Part shown: piece by piece, positions 24,240 through 39,200 of the stretch | How positions within the stretch are numbered: position 1 is the stretch's first letter | Layout: each line of letters opens with the position of its first letter | Source of the DNA: Nemertoderma westbladi | Lineage: Eukaryota; Animalia; Xenacoelomorpha | Length of the DNA stretch: 64,000 bases | Assembly (NCBI GenBank): GCA_032718475.1 | Contig: JAUCBJ010009009.1 | Span: forward strand, 1 to 64,000 | Direction: 5' to 3' | The notes under the pieces: generated by a model | Databases searched by the model: none | Told to the model about the DNA's origin: nothing | The model's input: only the letters and a program-made list of their open reading frames with translations | Position numbers and translations under genes: made by a program

Positions 24240-27200
24240 TGTTACACACTCGTAGGCCAACCTGTAATTGTTTCTGCTCCCATCATTGTGTCTCTGTCTA
24301 CACTGGTAGGCCAACCTGTAATTGTTTCTGCTCCAATCATTGTGTCTCTGTCTACACTGGTAGGCCTACCTGTAATTATTTCTGCTCCAATCATTGTGTC
24401 TCTGTCTACACTGGTAGGCCTACCTGTAATTGTTTCTGCTCCAATCATTGTGACTCTGTCTACACTCGTAGGCCAACCTGTAATTGATTCTGCTCCATTC
24501 ATTATTTCTCTGTCTACACTGGTAGGCCTATCTGTAATTGTTTCTGCTCCAATCGTTGTGAGGTGACTCTGTCTACACTGGTAGGCCTACCTGTAATTGT
24601 TTCTGCTCCAATCGTTGTGACTCTGTCTACACTGGTAGGCCTACCTGTAATTGTTTCTGCTCCGATCATTGTGTCTCTGTCTACACTGGTAGGCCTACCT
24701 GTAATTGTTTCTGCTCCAATCATTGTGACGCTGTCTACACTGGTAGGCCAACCTGTAATTGTTTCTGCTCCAATCATTGTGACTCTGTCTACACTGGTAG
24801 GCCTACCTGTAATTGTTTCTGCTCCAATCATTGTGTCTCTGTCTACACTGGTAGGCCTACCTGTAATTGTTTCTGCTCCAATCATTGTGTCTCTGTCTAC
24901 ACTGGTAGGCCAACCTGTAATTGTTTCTGCTCCAATCATTGTGTCTCTGTCTACACTGGTAGGCCTACCTGTAATTGTTTCTGCTCCAATCATTGTCTCT
25001 GTCTACACTGGTAGGCCTACCTGTAATTGTTTCTGCTCCAATCATTGTGACGCTGTCTACACTGGTAGGCCAACATGTAATTATTTCTGCTCCAATCATT
25101 GTGACTCTGTCTACACTGGTAGGCCTACCTGTAATTGTTTCTGCTCCAATCATTGTGTCTCTGTCTACACTGGTAGGCAAACCTGTAATTGTTTCTGCTC
25201 CAATCATTGTGATTCTGTCTACACTCGTAGGCCTACCTGTAATTGTTTCTGCTCCAATCATTGTGTCTCTGTCTACACTGGTAGGCCTACCTGTAATTGT
25301 TTCTGCTCCAATCATTGTGACTCTGTCTACACTGGTAGGCCAACCTGTAATTGTTTCTGCTCCAATCATTGTGTATCTGTCTACACTAGTAGGCCAACCT
25401 GTAATTATTTCTGCTCCAATCATTGTGACTCTGTCTACACTGGTAGGCCTACCTGTAATTGTTTCTGCTCCAATCATTGTGTCTCTTTCTACACTGGTAG
25501 GCCAACCTGTAATTATTTCTGCTCCAATCATTGTGACTCTGTCTACACTCGTAGGCCAACCTGTAATTGTTTCTGCTCCAATCATTGTGTATCTGTTTAC
25601 ACTAGTAGGGCAACCTGTAATTATTTCTGCTCCAATCATTGTGACTCTGTCTACACTGGTAGGCCTACCTGTAATTGTTTCTGCTCCAATCATTGTGTCT
25701 CTGTGTACACTGGTAGGCCTACCTGTAATTGTTTCTGCTCCAATCATTGTGACGCTGTCTACACTGGTAGGCCAACCTGTAATTGTTTCTGCTCCAATCA
25801 TTGTGACGCTGTCTACACTGGTAGGCCAACCTGTAATTGTTTCTGCTCCAATCATTGTGTCTCTGTCTACACTGGTAGGCCTACCTGTAATTGTTTCTGC
25901 TCCAATCATTGTGTCTCTGTCTACACTGGTAGGCCTACCTGTAATTGTTTCTGCTCCAATCATTGTGACGCTGTCTACACTGGTAGGCCAACCTGTAATT
26001 GTTTCTGCTCCAATCATTGTGACGCTGTCTACACTGGTAGGCCAATCTGTAATTGTTTCTGCTCCAATCATTGTGTCTCTGTCTACACTGGAAGGCCTAC
26101 CTGTAATTGTTTCTGCTCCAATCATTGTGTCTCTGTCTACACTGGTAGGCATACCTGTAATTGTTTCTGCTCCAATCATTGTGTCTCTGTCTACACTGGT
26201 AGGCCTACCTGTAATTGTTTCTGCTCCAATCATTGTGTCTCTGTCTACACTGGTAGGCCAACCTGTAATTGTTTCTGCTCCAATCATTGTGACTCTGTCT
26301 ACACTAGTAGGCCAACCTGTAATTATTTCTGCTCCAATCATTGTGACTCTGTCTACACTCGTAGGCCAACCTGTAATTGTTTCTGCTCCAATCATTGTGT
26401 ATCTGTCTACACTAGTAGGCCAACCTGTAATTATTTCTGCTCCAATCATTGTGACTCTGTCTACACTGGTAGGCCTACCTGTAATTGTTTCTGCTCCAAT
26501 CATTGTGTCTCTGTCTACACTGGTAGGCCTATCTGTAATTGTTTCTGCTCCAATCATTGTGATTCTGTCTACACTGGTAGGCCTACCTGTAATTGTTTCT
26601 GCTCCAATCATTGTGTCTCTGTCTACATTGGTAGGCCTACCTGTAATTGTTTCTGCTCCAATCATTGTGTCTCTGTCTACACTCGTAGGCCAACCTGTAA
26701 TTATTTCTGCTCCAATCATTGTGACTCTGTCTACACTGGTAGGCCTACCTGTAATTGTTTCTGCTCCAATCATTATGTCTCTGTCTACACTGGTAGGCCT
26801 ACCTGTAATTGTTTCTGCTCCAATCATTGTGACTCTGTCTACACTGGTAGGCCTACCTGTAATTGTTTCTGCTCCAATCATTGTTTCTCTGTCAACACTG
26901 AGGCCTACCTGTAATTATTTCTGCTCCAATCATTGTGACTCCGTCTACACTGGTAGGCCAACCTGTAATTGTTTCTGCTCCAATCATTGTGACTCTGTCT
27001 ACACTGGTAGGCCTACCTGTAATTGTTTCTGCTCCAATTGTTGTGACTCTGTCTACACTGGTAGGCCAACCTGTAATTGTTTCTGCTCCAATCATTGTGT
27101 CTCTGTCTACACTCGTAGGCCTACATGTAATTGTTTCTGCTCCAATCATTGTGTCTCTGTCTACACTGGTAGGCCTACCTGTAATTGTTTCTGCTCCAAT

Positions 27201-30200
27201 CATTGTGACTCTGTTTACACTGGTAGGCCTACCTGTAATTGTTTCTGCTCCAATCATTGTGTCTCTGTCTACACTGGTAGGCCTACCTGTAATTGTTTCT
27301 GCTCCAATCATTGTGACTCTGTCTACACTGGTAGGCCTACCTGTAATTGTTTCTGCTCCAATCATTGTGACTCTGTCAACACTGGTAGGCCTACCTGTAA
27401 TTGTTTCTGCTCCAATCATTGTGTCTCTGTCTACACTCGTAGGCCTACCTGTAATTGTTTCTGCTCCAATCATTGTGTCTCTGTCTACACTGGTAGGCCT
27501 ACCTGTAATTGTTTCTGCTCCAATCATTGTGACTCTGTTTACACTGGTAGGCCTACCTGTAATTGTTTCTGCTCCAATCATTGTGTCTCTGTCTACACTG
27601 GTAGGCCTACCTGTAATTGTTTCTGCTCCAATCATTGTGACTCTGTCAACACTGGTAGGCCTACCTGTAATTGTTTCTGCTCCAATCATTGTGTCTCTGT
27701 CTACACTCGTAGGCCTACCTGTAATTGTTTCTGCTCCAATCATTGTGTCTCTGTCTACACTGGTAGGCCTACCTGTAATTGTTTCTGCTCCAATCATTGT
27801 GACTCTGTTTACACTGGTAGGCCTACCTGTAATTGTTTCTGCTCCAATCATTGTGTCTCTGTCTACACTGGTAGGCCTACCTGTAATTGTTTCTGCTCCA
27901 ATCATTGTCTCTGTCTACACTGGTAGGCCTACCTGTAATTGTTTCTGCTCCAATCATTGTGACGCTGTCTACACTGGTAGGCCAACCTGTAATTATTTCT
28001 GCTCCAATCATTGTGACTCTGTCTACACTGGTAGGCCTACCTGTAATTGTTTCTGCTCCAATCATTGTGTCTCTGTCTACACTGGTAGGCAAACCTGTAA
28101 TTGTTTCTGCTCCAATCATTGTGATTCTGTCTACACTCGTAGGCCTACCTGTAATTGTTTCTGCTCCAATCATTGTGTCTCTGTCTACACTGGTAGGCCT
28201 ACCTGTAATTGTTTCTGCTCCAATCATTGTGACTCTGTCTACACTGGTAGGCCAACCTGTAATTGTTTCTGCTCCAATCATTGTGTATCTGTCTACACTA
28301 GTAGGCCAACCTGTAATTATTTCTGCTCCAATCATTGTGACTCTGTCTACACTGGTAGGCCTACCTGTAATTGTTTCTGCTCCAATCATTGTGTCTCTTT
28401 CTACACTGGTAGGCCAACCTGTAATTATTTCTGCTCCAATCATTGTGACTCTGTCTACACTCGTAGGCCAACCTGTAATTGTTTCTGCTCCAATCATTGT
28501 GTATCTGTTTACACTAGTAGGGCAACCTGTAATTATTTCTGCTCCAATCATTGTGACTCTGTCTACACTGGTAGGCCTACCTGTAATTGTTTCTGCTCCA
28601 ATCATTGTGTCTCTGTGTACACTGGTAGGCCTACCTGTAATTGTTTCTGCTCCAATCATTGTGACGCTGTCTACACTGGTAGGCCAACCTGTAATTGTTT
28701 CTGCTCCAATCATTGTGACGCTGTCTACACTGGTAGGCCAACCTGTAATTGTTTCTGCTCCAATCATTGTGTCTCTGTCTACACTGGTAGGCCTACCTGT
28801 AATTGTTTCTGCTCCAATCATTGTGTCTCTGTCTACACTGGTAGGCCTACCTGTAATTGTTTCTGCTCCAATCATTGTGACGCTGTCTACACTGGTAGGC
28901 CAACCTGTAATTGTTTCTGCTCCAATCATTGTGACGCTGTCTACACTGGTAGGCCAATCTGTAATTGTTTCTGCTCCAATCATTGTGTCTCTGTCTACAC
29001 TGGAAGGCCTACCTGTAATTGTTTCTGCTCCAATCATTGTGTCTCTGTCTACACTGGTAGGCATACCTGTAATTGTTTCTGCTCCAATCATTGTGTCTCT
29101 GTCTACACTGGTAGGCCTACCTGTAATTGTTTCTGCTCCAATCATTGTGTCTCTGTCTACACTGGTAGGCCAACCTGTAATTGTTTCTGCTCCAATCATT
29201 GTGACTCTGTCTACACTAGTAGGCCAACCTGTAATTATTTCTGCTCCAATCATTGTGACTCTGTCTACACTCGTAGGCCAACCTGTAATTGTTTCTGCTC
29301 CAATCATTGTGTATCTGTCTACACTAGTAGGCCAACCTGTAATTATTTCTGCTCCAATCATTGTGACTCTGTCTACACTGGTAGGCCTACCTGTAATTGT
29401 TTCTGCTCCAATCATTGTGTCTCTGTCTACACTGGTAGGCCTATCTGTAATTGTTTCTGCTCCAATCATTGTGATTCTGTCTACACTGGTAGGCCTACCT
29501 GTAATTGTTTCTGCTCCAATCATTGTGTCTCTGTCTACATTGGTAGGCCTACCTGTAATTGTTTCTGCTCCAATCATTGTGTCTCTGTCTACACTCGTAG
29601 GCCAACCTGTAATTATTTCTGCTCCAATCATTGTGACTCTGTCTACACTGGTAGGCCTACCTGTAATTGTTTCTGCTCCAATCATTGTGTCTCTGTCTAC
29701 ACTGGTAGGCCTACCTGTAATTGTTTCTGCTCCAATCATTGTGACTCTGTCTACACTGGTAGGCCTACCTGTAATTGTTTCTGCTCCAATCATTGTTTCT
29801 CTGTCAACACTGAGGCCTACCTGTAATTATTTCTGCTCCAATCATTGTGACTCCGTCTACACTGGTAGGCCAACCTGTAATTGTTTCTGCTCCAATCATT
29901 GTGACTCTGTCTACACTGGTAGGCCTACCTGTAATTGTTTCTGCTCCAATTGTTGTGACTCTGTCTACACTGGTAGGCCAACCTGTAATTGTTTCTGCTC
30001 CAATCATTGTGTCTCTGTCTACACTCGTAGGCCTACATGTAATTGTTTCTGCTCCAATCATTGTGTCTCTGTCTACACTGGTAGGCCTACCTGTAATTGT
30101 TTCTGCTCCAATCATTGTGACTCTGTTTACACTGGTAGGCCTACCTGTAATTGTTTCTGCTCCAATCATTGTGTCTCTGTCTACACTGGTAGGCCTACCT

Positions 30201-33200
30201 GTAATTGTTTCTGCTCCAATCATTGTGACTCTGTCTACACTGGTAGGCCTACCTGTAATTGTTTCTGCTCCAATCATTGTGACTCTGTCAACACTGGTAG
30301 GCCTACCTGTAATTGTTTCTGCTCCAATCATTGTGTCTCTGTCTACACTCGTAGGCCTACCTGTAATTGTTTCTGCTCCAATCATTGTGTCTCTGTCTAC
30401 ACTGGTAGGCCTACCTGTAATTGTTTCTGCTCCAATCATTGTGACTCTGTTTACACTGGTAGGCCTACCTGTAATTGTTTCTGCTCCAATCATTGTGTCT
30501 CTGTCTACACTGGTAGGCCTACCTGTAATTGTTTCTGCTCCAATCATTGTGACTCTGTCAACACTGGTAGGCCTACCTGTAATTGTTTCTGCTCCAATCG
30601 TTGTGACTCTGTCTCCACTGGTAGGCCTACCTGTAATTATTTCTGCTCCAATCATTGTGACTCTGTCTACACTGGTAGGCCTACCTGTAATTGTTTCTGC
30701 TCCAATCATTGTGACTCTGTCAACACTGGTAGGCCTACCTGTAATTGTTTCTGCTCCAATCGTTGTGACTCTGTCAACACTGGTAGGCCTACCTGTAATT
30801 GTTTCTGCTCCAATCATTGTGTCTCTGTCTACACTCGTAGGCCTACCTGTAATTGTTTCTGCTCCAATCATTGTGTCTCTGTCTACACTGGTAGGCCTAC
30901 CTGTAATTGTTTCTGCTCCAATCATTGTGACTCTGTTTACACTGGTAGGCCTACCTGTAATTGTTTCTGCTCCAATCATTGTGTCTCTGTCTACACTGGT
31001 AGGCCTACCTGTAATTGTTTCTGCTCCAATCATTGACTCTGTCAACACTGGTAGGCCTACCTGTAATTGTTTCTGCTCCAATCGTTGTGACTCTGTCTAC
31101 ACTGGTAGGCCTACCTGTAATTATTTCTGCTCCAATCATTGTGACTCTGTCTACACTGGTAGGCCTACCTGTAATTGTTTCTGCTCCAATCATTGTGACT
31201 CTGTCTACACTAGTAGGCCAACCTGTAATTATTTCTGCTCCAATCATTGTGACTCTGTCTACACTCGTAGGCCAACCTGTAATTATTTCTGCTCCAATCA
31301 TTGTGACTCTGTCTACACTGGTAGGCCTACCTGTAATTGTTTCTGCTCCAATCATTGTGTCTCTGTCTACACTGGTAGGCCTACCTGTAATTGTTTCTGC
31401 TCCAATCATTGTGACTCTGTTTACACTGGTATGCCTACCTGTAATTGTTTCTGCTCCAATCATTGTGTCTCTGTCTACACTGGTAGGCCTACCTGTACTT
31501 GTTTCTGCTCCAATCATTGTGACTCTGTCAACACTGGTAGGCCTACCTGTAATTGTTTCTGCTCCAATCGTTGTGACTCTGTCTACACTGGTAGGCCTAC
31601 CTGTAATTATTTCTGCTCCAATCATTGTGACTCTGTCTACACTGGTAGGCCTACCTGTAATGGTTTCTGCTCCAATCATTGTGACTCTGTCTACACTGGT
31701 AGGCCTACCTGTAATTGTTTCTGCTCCAATCATTGTGTCTCTGTCTTCACTGGTAGGCCTACCTGTAATTGTTTCTGCTCCAATCATTGTGACTCTGTCT
31801 ACACTGGTAGGCCTACCTGTAATTGTTTCTGCTCCAATCATTGTGTCTCTGTCTACACTCGTAGGCCTACCTGTAATTGTTTCTGCTCCAATCATTGTGT
31901 CTCTGTCTACACTGGTAGGCCTACCTGTAATTGTTTCTGCTCCAATCATTGTGACTCTGTCTACACTGGTAGGCCTACCTGTAATTGTTTCTGCTCCAAT
32001 CATTGTTTCTCTGTCAACACTGAGGCCTACATGTAATTATTTCTGCTCCAATCATTGTGACTCTGTCTACACTGGTAGGCCAACCTGTAATTGTTTCTGC
32101 TCCAATCATTGTGACTCTGTCTACACTGGTAGGCCTACCTGTAATTGTTTCTGCTCCAATCGTTGTGACTCTGTCTACACTGGTAGGCCAACCTGTAATT
32201 GTTTCTGCTCCAATCATTGTGTCTCTGTCTACACTCGTAGGCCTACATGTAATTGTTTCTGCTCCAATCATTGTGTCTCTGTCTACACTGGTAGGCCTAC
32301 CTGTAATTGTTTCTGCTCCAATCATTGTGACTCTGTTTACACTGGTAGGCCTACCTGTAATTGTTTCTGCTCCAATCATTGTGTCTCTGTCTACACTGGT
32401 AGGCCTACCTGTAATTGTTTCTGCTCCAATCATTGTGACTCTGTCTACACTGGTAGGCCTACCTGTAATTGTTTCTGCTCCAATCATTGTGACTCTGTCA
32501 ACACTGGTAGGCCTACCTGTAATTGTTTCTGCTCCAATCATTGTGACTCTGTCTACACTGGTAGGCCAACCTGTAATTGTTTCTGCTCCAATCATTGTGA
32601 CTCTGTCTACACTGGTAGGCCTACCAGTAATTGTTTCTGCTCCAATCGTTGTGACTCTGTCTACACTGGTAGGCCAACCTGTAATTGTTTCTGCTCCAAT
32701 CATTGTGTCTCTGTCTACACTCGTAGGCCTACATGTAATTGTTTCTGCTCCATTCATTGTGTCTCTGTCTACACTGGTAGGCCTACCTGTAATTGTTTCT
32801 GCTCCAATCATTGTGACTCTGTTTACACTGGTAGGCCTACCTGTAATTGTTTCTGCTCCAATCATTGTGTCTCTGTCTACACTCGTAGGCCTACCTGTAA
32901 TTGTTTCTGCTCCAATCATTGTGTCTCTGTCTACACTGGTAGGCCTACCTGTAATTGTTTCTGCTCCAATCATTGTGACTCTGTTTACACTGGTAGGCCT
33001 ACCTGTAATTGTTTCTGCTCCAATCATTGTGTCTCTGTCTACACTGGTAGGCCTACCTGTAATTGTTTCTGCTCCAATCGTTGTGACTCTGTCTACACTG
33101 GTAGGCCTACCTGTAATTGATTCTGCTCCATTCATTATGTCTCTGTCTACACTGGTAGGCCTTCCTGTAATTGTTTCTGCTCCAATCATTGTGTCTCTGT

Positions 33201-36200
33201 CTACACTGGTAGGCCTACCTGTAATTGTTTCTGCTCCAATCATTGTGACTCTGTCTACACTGGTAGGCCTACCTGTAATTGTTTCTGCTCCAATCATTGT
33301 GACGCTGTCTACACTGGTAGGCCTACCTGTAATTGTTTCTGCTCCAATCATTGTGACGCTGTCTACACTGGTAGGCCAACCTGTAATTGTTTCTGCTCCA
33401 ATCATTGTGACGCTGTCTACACTGGTAGGCCTACCTGTAATTGTTTCTGCTCCAATCGTTGTGACTCTGTCTACACTGGTAGGCCTACCTGTAATTGTTT
33501 CTGCTCCAATCATTGTGACGCTGTCTACACTGGTAGGCCTACCTGTAATTGCTTCTGCTCCAATCATTGTGACGCTGTCTACACTGGTAGGCCTACCTGT
33601 AATTGTTTCTGCTCCAATCATTGTGTCTCTGTCTACACTCGTAGGCCTACCTGTAATTGTTTCTGCTCCAATCATTGTGTCTCTGTCTACACTGGTAGGC
33701 CTACCTGTAATTGTTTCTGCTCCAATCATTGTGACGCTGTCTACACTCGTAGGCCTACCTGTAATTGTTTCTGCTCCAATCATTGTGTCTCTGTCTACAC
33801 TGGTAGGCCTACCTGTAATTGTTTCTGCTCCAATCATTGTGACTCTGTCTACACTCGTAGGCCAACCTGTAATTGATTCTGCTCCATTCATTATGTCTCT
33901 GTCTACACTGGTAGGCCTACCTGTAATTGTTTCTGCTCCAATCGTTGTGAGGTGACTCTGTCTACACTGGTAGGCCTACCTGTAATTGTTTCTGCTCCCA
34001 TCATTGTGTCTCTGTCTACACTCGTAGGCCAACCTGTAATTGATTCTGCTCCATTCATTATGTCTCTGTCTACACTGGTAGGCCTACCTGTAATTGTTTC
34101 TGCTCCAATCATTGTGTCTCTGTCTACACTGGTAGGCCTACCTGTAATTGTTTCTGCTCCAATCATTGTGACTCTGTCTACACTGGTAGGCCTACCTGTA
34201 ATTGTTTCTGCTCCAATCATTGTGACGCTGTCTACACTGGTAGGCCTACCTGTAATTGTTTCTGCTCCAATCATTGTGACGCTGTCTACACTGGTAGGCC
34301 AACCTGTAATTGTTTCTGCTCCAATCATTGTGACGCTGTCTACACTGGTAGGCCTACCTGTAATTGTTTCTGCTCCAATCGTTGTGACTCTGTCTACACT
34401 GGTAGGCCTACCTGTAATTGTTTCTGCTCCAATCATTGTGACGCTGTCTACAATGGTAGGCCTACCTGTAATTGTTTCTGCTCCAATCATTGTGACGCTG
34501 TCTACACTGGTAGGCCTACCTGTAATTGTTTCTGCTCCAATCATTGTGTCTCTGTCTACACTCGTAGGCCTACCTGTAATTGTTTCTGCTCCAATCATTG
34601 TGTCTCTTTCTACACTGGTAGGCCTACCTGTAATTGTTTCTGCTCCAATCATTGTGACGCTGTCTACACTGGTAGGCCAACCTGTAATTGTTTCTGCTCC
34701 AATCATTGTGACTCTGTCTACACTAGTAGGCCAACCTGTAATTATTTCTGCTCCAATCATTGTGACTCTGTCTACACTCGTAGGCCAACCTGTAATTGTT
34801 TCTGCTCCAATCATTGTGTATCTGTCTACACTAGTAGGCCAACCTGTAATTATTTCTGCTCCAATCATTGTGACTCTGTCTACACTGGTAGGCCTACCTG
34901 TAATTGTTTCTGCTCCAATCATTGTGTCTCTGTCTACACTGGTAGGCCTACCTGTAATTGTTTCTGCTCCAATCATTGTGTCTCTGTCTACACTGGTAGG
35001 CCTACCTGTAATTGTTTCTGCTCCAATCATTGTGTATCTGTCTACACTAGTAGGCCAACCTGTAATTATTTCTGCTCCAATCATTGTGACTCTGTCTACA
35101 CTGGTAGGCCTACCTGTAATTGTTTCTGCTCCAATCATTGTGTCTCTGTCTACACTGGTAGGCCTACCTGTAATTGTTTCTGCTCCAATCATTGTGTCTC
35201 TGTCTACACTGGTAGGCCTACCTGTAATTGTTTCTGCTCCAATCATTGTGACGCTGTCTACACTGGTAGGCCAACCTGTAATTGTTTCTGCTCCAATCAT
35301 TGTGTCTCTGTCTACACTGGTAGGCCTACCTGTAATTGTTTCTGCTCCAATCATTGTGTCTCTGTCTACACTGGTAGGCCTACCTGTAATTGTTTCTGCT
35401 CCAATCATTGTGTCTCTGTCTACACTGGTAGGCCTACCTGTAATTGTTTCTGCTCCGATCATTGTGTCTCTGTCTACACTGGTAGGCCTACCTGTAATTG
35501 TTTCTGCTCCAATCATTGTGACGCTGTCTACACTGGTAGGCCAACCTGTAATTGTTTCTGCTCCAATCATTGTGACTCTGTCTACACTGGTAGGCCTACC
35601 TGTAATTGTTTCTGCTCCAATCATTGTGTCTCTGTCTACACTGGTAGGCCTACCTGTAATTGTTTCTGCTCCAATCATTGTGTCTCTGTCTACACTGGTA
35701 GGCCAACCTGTAATTGTTTCTGCTCCAATCATTGTGTCTCTGTCTACACTGGTAGGCCTACCTGTAATTGTTTCTGCTCCAATCATTGTCTCTGTCTACA
35801 CTGGTAGGCCTACCTGTAATTGTTTCTGCTCCAATCATTGTGACGCTGTCTACACTGGTAGGCCAACCTGTAATTATTTCTGCTCCAATCATTGTGACTC
35901 TGTCTACACTGGTAGGCCTACCTGTAATTGTTTCTGCTCCAATCATTGTGTCTCTGTCTACACTGGTAGGCAAACCTGTAATTGTTTCTGCTCCAATCAT
36001 TGTGATTCTGTCTACACTCGTAGGCCTACCTGTAATTGTTTCTGCTCCAATCATTGTGTCTCTGTCTACACTGGTAGGCCTACCTGTAATTGTTTCTGCT
36101 CCAATCATTGTGACTCTGTCTACACTGGTAGGCCAACCTGTAATTGTTTCTGCTCCAATCATTGTGTATCTGTCTACACTAGTAGGCCAACCTGTAATTA

Positions 36201-39200
36201 TTTCTGCTCCAATCATTGTGACTCTGTCTACACTGGTAGGCCTACCTGTAATTGTTTCTGCTCCAATCATTGTGTCTCTTTCTACACTGGTAGGCCAACC
36301 TGTAATTATTTCTGCTCCAATCATTGTGACTCTGTCTACACTCGTAGGCCAACCTGTAATTGTTTCTGCTCCAATCATTGTGTATCTGTTTACACTAGTA
36401 GGGCAACCTGTAATTATTTCTGCTCCAATCATTGTGACTCTGTCTACACTGGTAGGCCTACCTGTAATTGTTTCTGCTCCAATCATTGTGTCTCTGTGTA
36501 CACTGGTAGGCCTACCTGTAATTGTTTCTGCTCCAATCATTGTGACGCTGTCTACACTGGTAGGCCAACCTGTAATTGTTTCTGCTCCAATCATTGTGAC
36601 GCTGTCTACACTGGTAGGACAACCTGTAATTGTTTCTGCTCCAATCATTGTGTCTCTGTCTACACTGGTAGGCCTACCTGTAATTGTTTCTGCTCCAATC
36701 ATTGTGTCTCTGTCTACACTGGTAGGCCTACCTGTAATTGTTTCTGCTCCAATCATTGTGACGCTGTCTACACTGGTAGGCCAACCTGTAATTGTTTCTG
36801 CTCCAATCATTGTGACGCTGTCTACACTGGTAGGCCAATCTGTAATTGTTTCTGCTCCAATCATTGTGTCTCTGTCTACACTGGAAGGCCTACCTGTAAT
36901 TGTTTCTGCTCCAATCATTGTGTCTCTGTCTACACTGGTAGGCATACCTGTAATTGTTTCTGCTCCAATCATTGTGTCTCTGTCTACACTGGTAGGCCTA
37001 CCTGTAATTGTTTCTGCTCCAATCATTGTGTCTCTGTCTACACTGGTAGGCCAACCTGTAATTGTTTCTGCTCCAATCATTGTGACTCTGTCTACACTAG
37101 TAGGCCAACCTGTAATTATTTCTGCTCCAATCATTGTGACTCTGTCTACACTCGTAGGCCAACCTGTAATTGTTTCTGCTCCAATCATTGTGTATCTGTC
37201 TACACTAGTAGGCCAACCTGTAATTATTTCTGCTCCAATCATTGTGACTCTGTCTACACTGGTAGGCCTACCTGTAATTGTTTCTGCTCCAATCATTGTG
37301 TCTCTGTCTACACTGGTAGGCCTATCTGTAATTGTTTCTGCTCCAATCATTGTGATTCTGTCTACACTGGTAGGCCTACCTGTAATTGTTTCTGCTCCAA
37401 TCATTGTGTCTCTGTCTACATTGGTAGGCCTACCTGTAATTGTTTCTGCTCCAATCATTGTGTCTCTGTCTACACTCGTAGGCCAACCTGTAATTATTTC
37501 TGCTCCAATCATTGTGACTCTGTCTACACTGGTAGGCCTACCTGTAATTGTTTCTGCTCCAATCATTGTGTCTCTGTCTACACTGGTAGGCCTACCTGTA
37601 ATTGTTTCTGCTCCAATCATTGTGACTCTGTCTACACTGGTAGGCCTACCTGTAATTGTTTCTGCTCCAATCATTGTTTCTCTGTCAACACTGAGGCCTA
37701 CCTGTAATTATTTCTGCTCCAATCATTGTGACTCCGTCTACACTGGTAGGCCAACCTGTAATTGTTTCTGCTCCAATCATTGTGACTCTGTCTACACTGG
37801 TAGGCCTACCTGTAATTGTTTCTGCTCCAATTGTTGTGACTCTGTCTACACTGGTAGGCCAACCTGTAATTGTTTCTGCTCCAATCATTGTGTCTCTGTC
37901 TACACTCGTAGGCCTACATGTAATTGTTTCTGCTCCAATCATTGTGTCTCTGTCTACACTGGTAGGCCTACCTGTAATTGTTTCTGCTCCAATCATTGTG
38001 ACTCTGTTTACACTGGTAGGCCTACCTGTAATTGTTTCTGCTCCAATCATTGTGTCTCTGTCTACACTGGTAGGCCTACCTGTAATTGTTTCTGCTCCAA
38101 TCATTGTGACTCTGTCTACACTGGTAGGCCTACCTGTAATTGTTTCTGCTCCAATCATTGTGACTCTGTCAACACTGGTAGGCCTACCTGTAATTGTTTC
38201 TGCTCCAATCATTGTGTCTCTGTCTACACTGGTAGGCCTACCTGTAATTGTTTCTGCTCCAATCATTGTGTCTCTGTCTACACTGGTAGGCCTACCTGTA
38301 ATTGTTTCTGCTCCAATCATTGTGACTGTGTTTACACTGGTAGGCCTACCTGTAATTGTTTCTGCTCCAATCATTGTGTCTCTGTCTACACTGGTAGGCC
38401 TACCTGTAATTGTTTCTGCTCCAATCATTGTGACTCTGTCAACACTGGTAGGCCTACCTGTAATTGTTTCTGCTCCAATCGTTGTGACTCTGTCTACACT
38501 GGTAGGCCTACCTGTAATTATTTCTGCTCCAATCATTGTGACTCTGTCTACACTGGTAGGCCTACCTGTAATTGTTTCTGCTCCAATCATTGTGACTCTG
38601 TCAACACTGGTAGGCCTACCTGTAATTGTTTCTGCTCCAATCGTTGTGACTCTGTCAACACTGGTAGGCCTACCTGTAATTGTTTCTGCTCCAATCATTG
38701 TGTCTCTGTCTACACTCGTAGGCCTACCTGTAATTGTTTCTGCTCCAATCATTGTGTCTCTGTCTACACTGGTAGGCCTACCTGTAATTGTTTCTGCTCC
38801 AATCATTGTGACTCTGTTTACACTGGTAGGCCTACCTGTAATTGTTTCTGCTCCAATCATTGTGTCTCTGTCTACACTGGTAGGCCTACCTGTAATTGTT
38901 TCTGCTCCAATCATTGACTCTGTCAACACTGGTAGGCCTACCTGTAATTGTTTCTGCTCCAATCGTTGTGACTCTGTCTACACTGGTAGGCCTACCTGTA
39001 ATTATTTCTGCTCCAATCATTGTGACTCTGTCTACACTGGTAGGCCTACCTGTAATTGTTTCTGCTCCAATCATTGTGACTCTGTCTACACTAGTAGGCC
39101 AACCTGTAATTATTTCTGCTCCAATCATTGTGACTCTGTCTACACTCGTAGGCCAACCTGTAATTATTTCTGCTCCAATCATTGTGACTCTGTCTACACT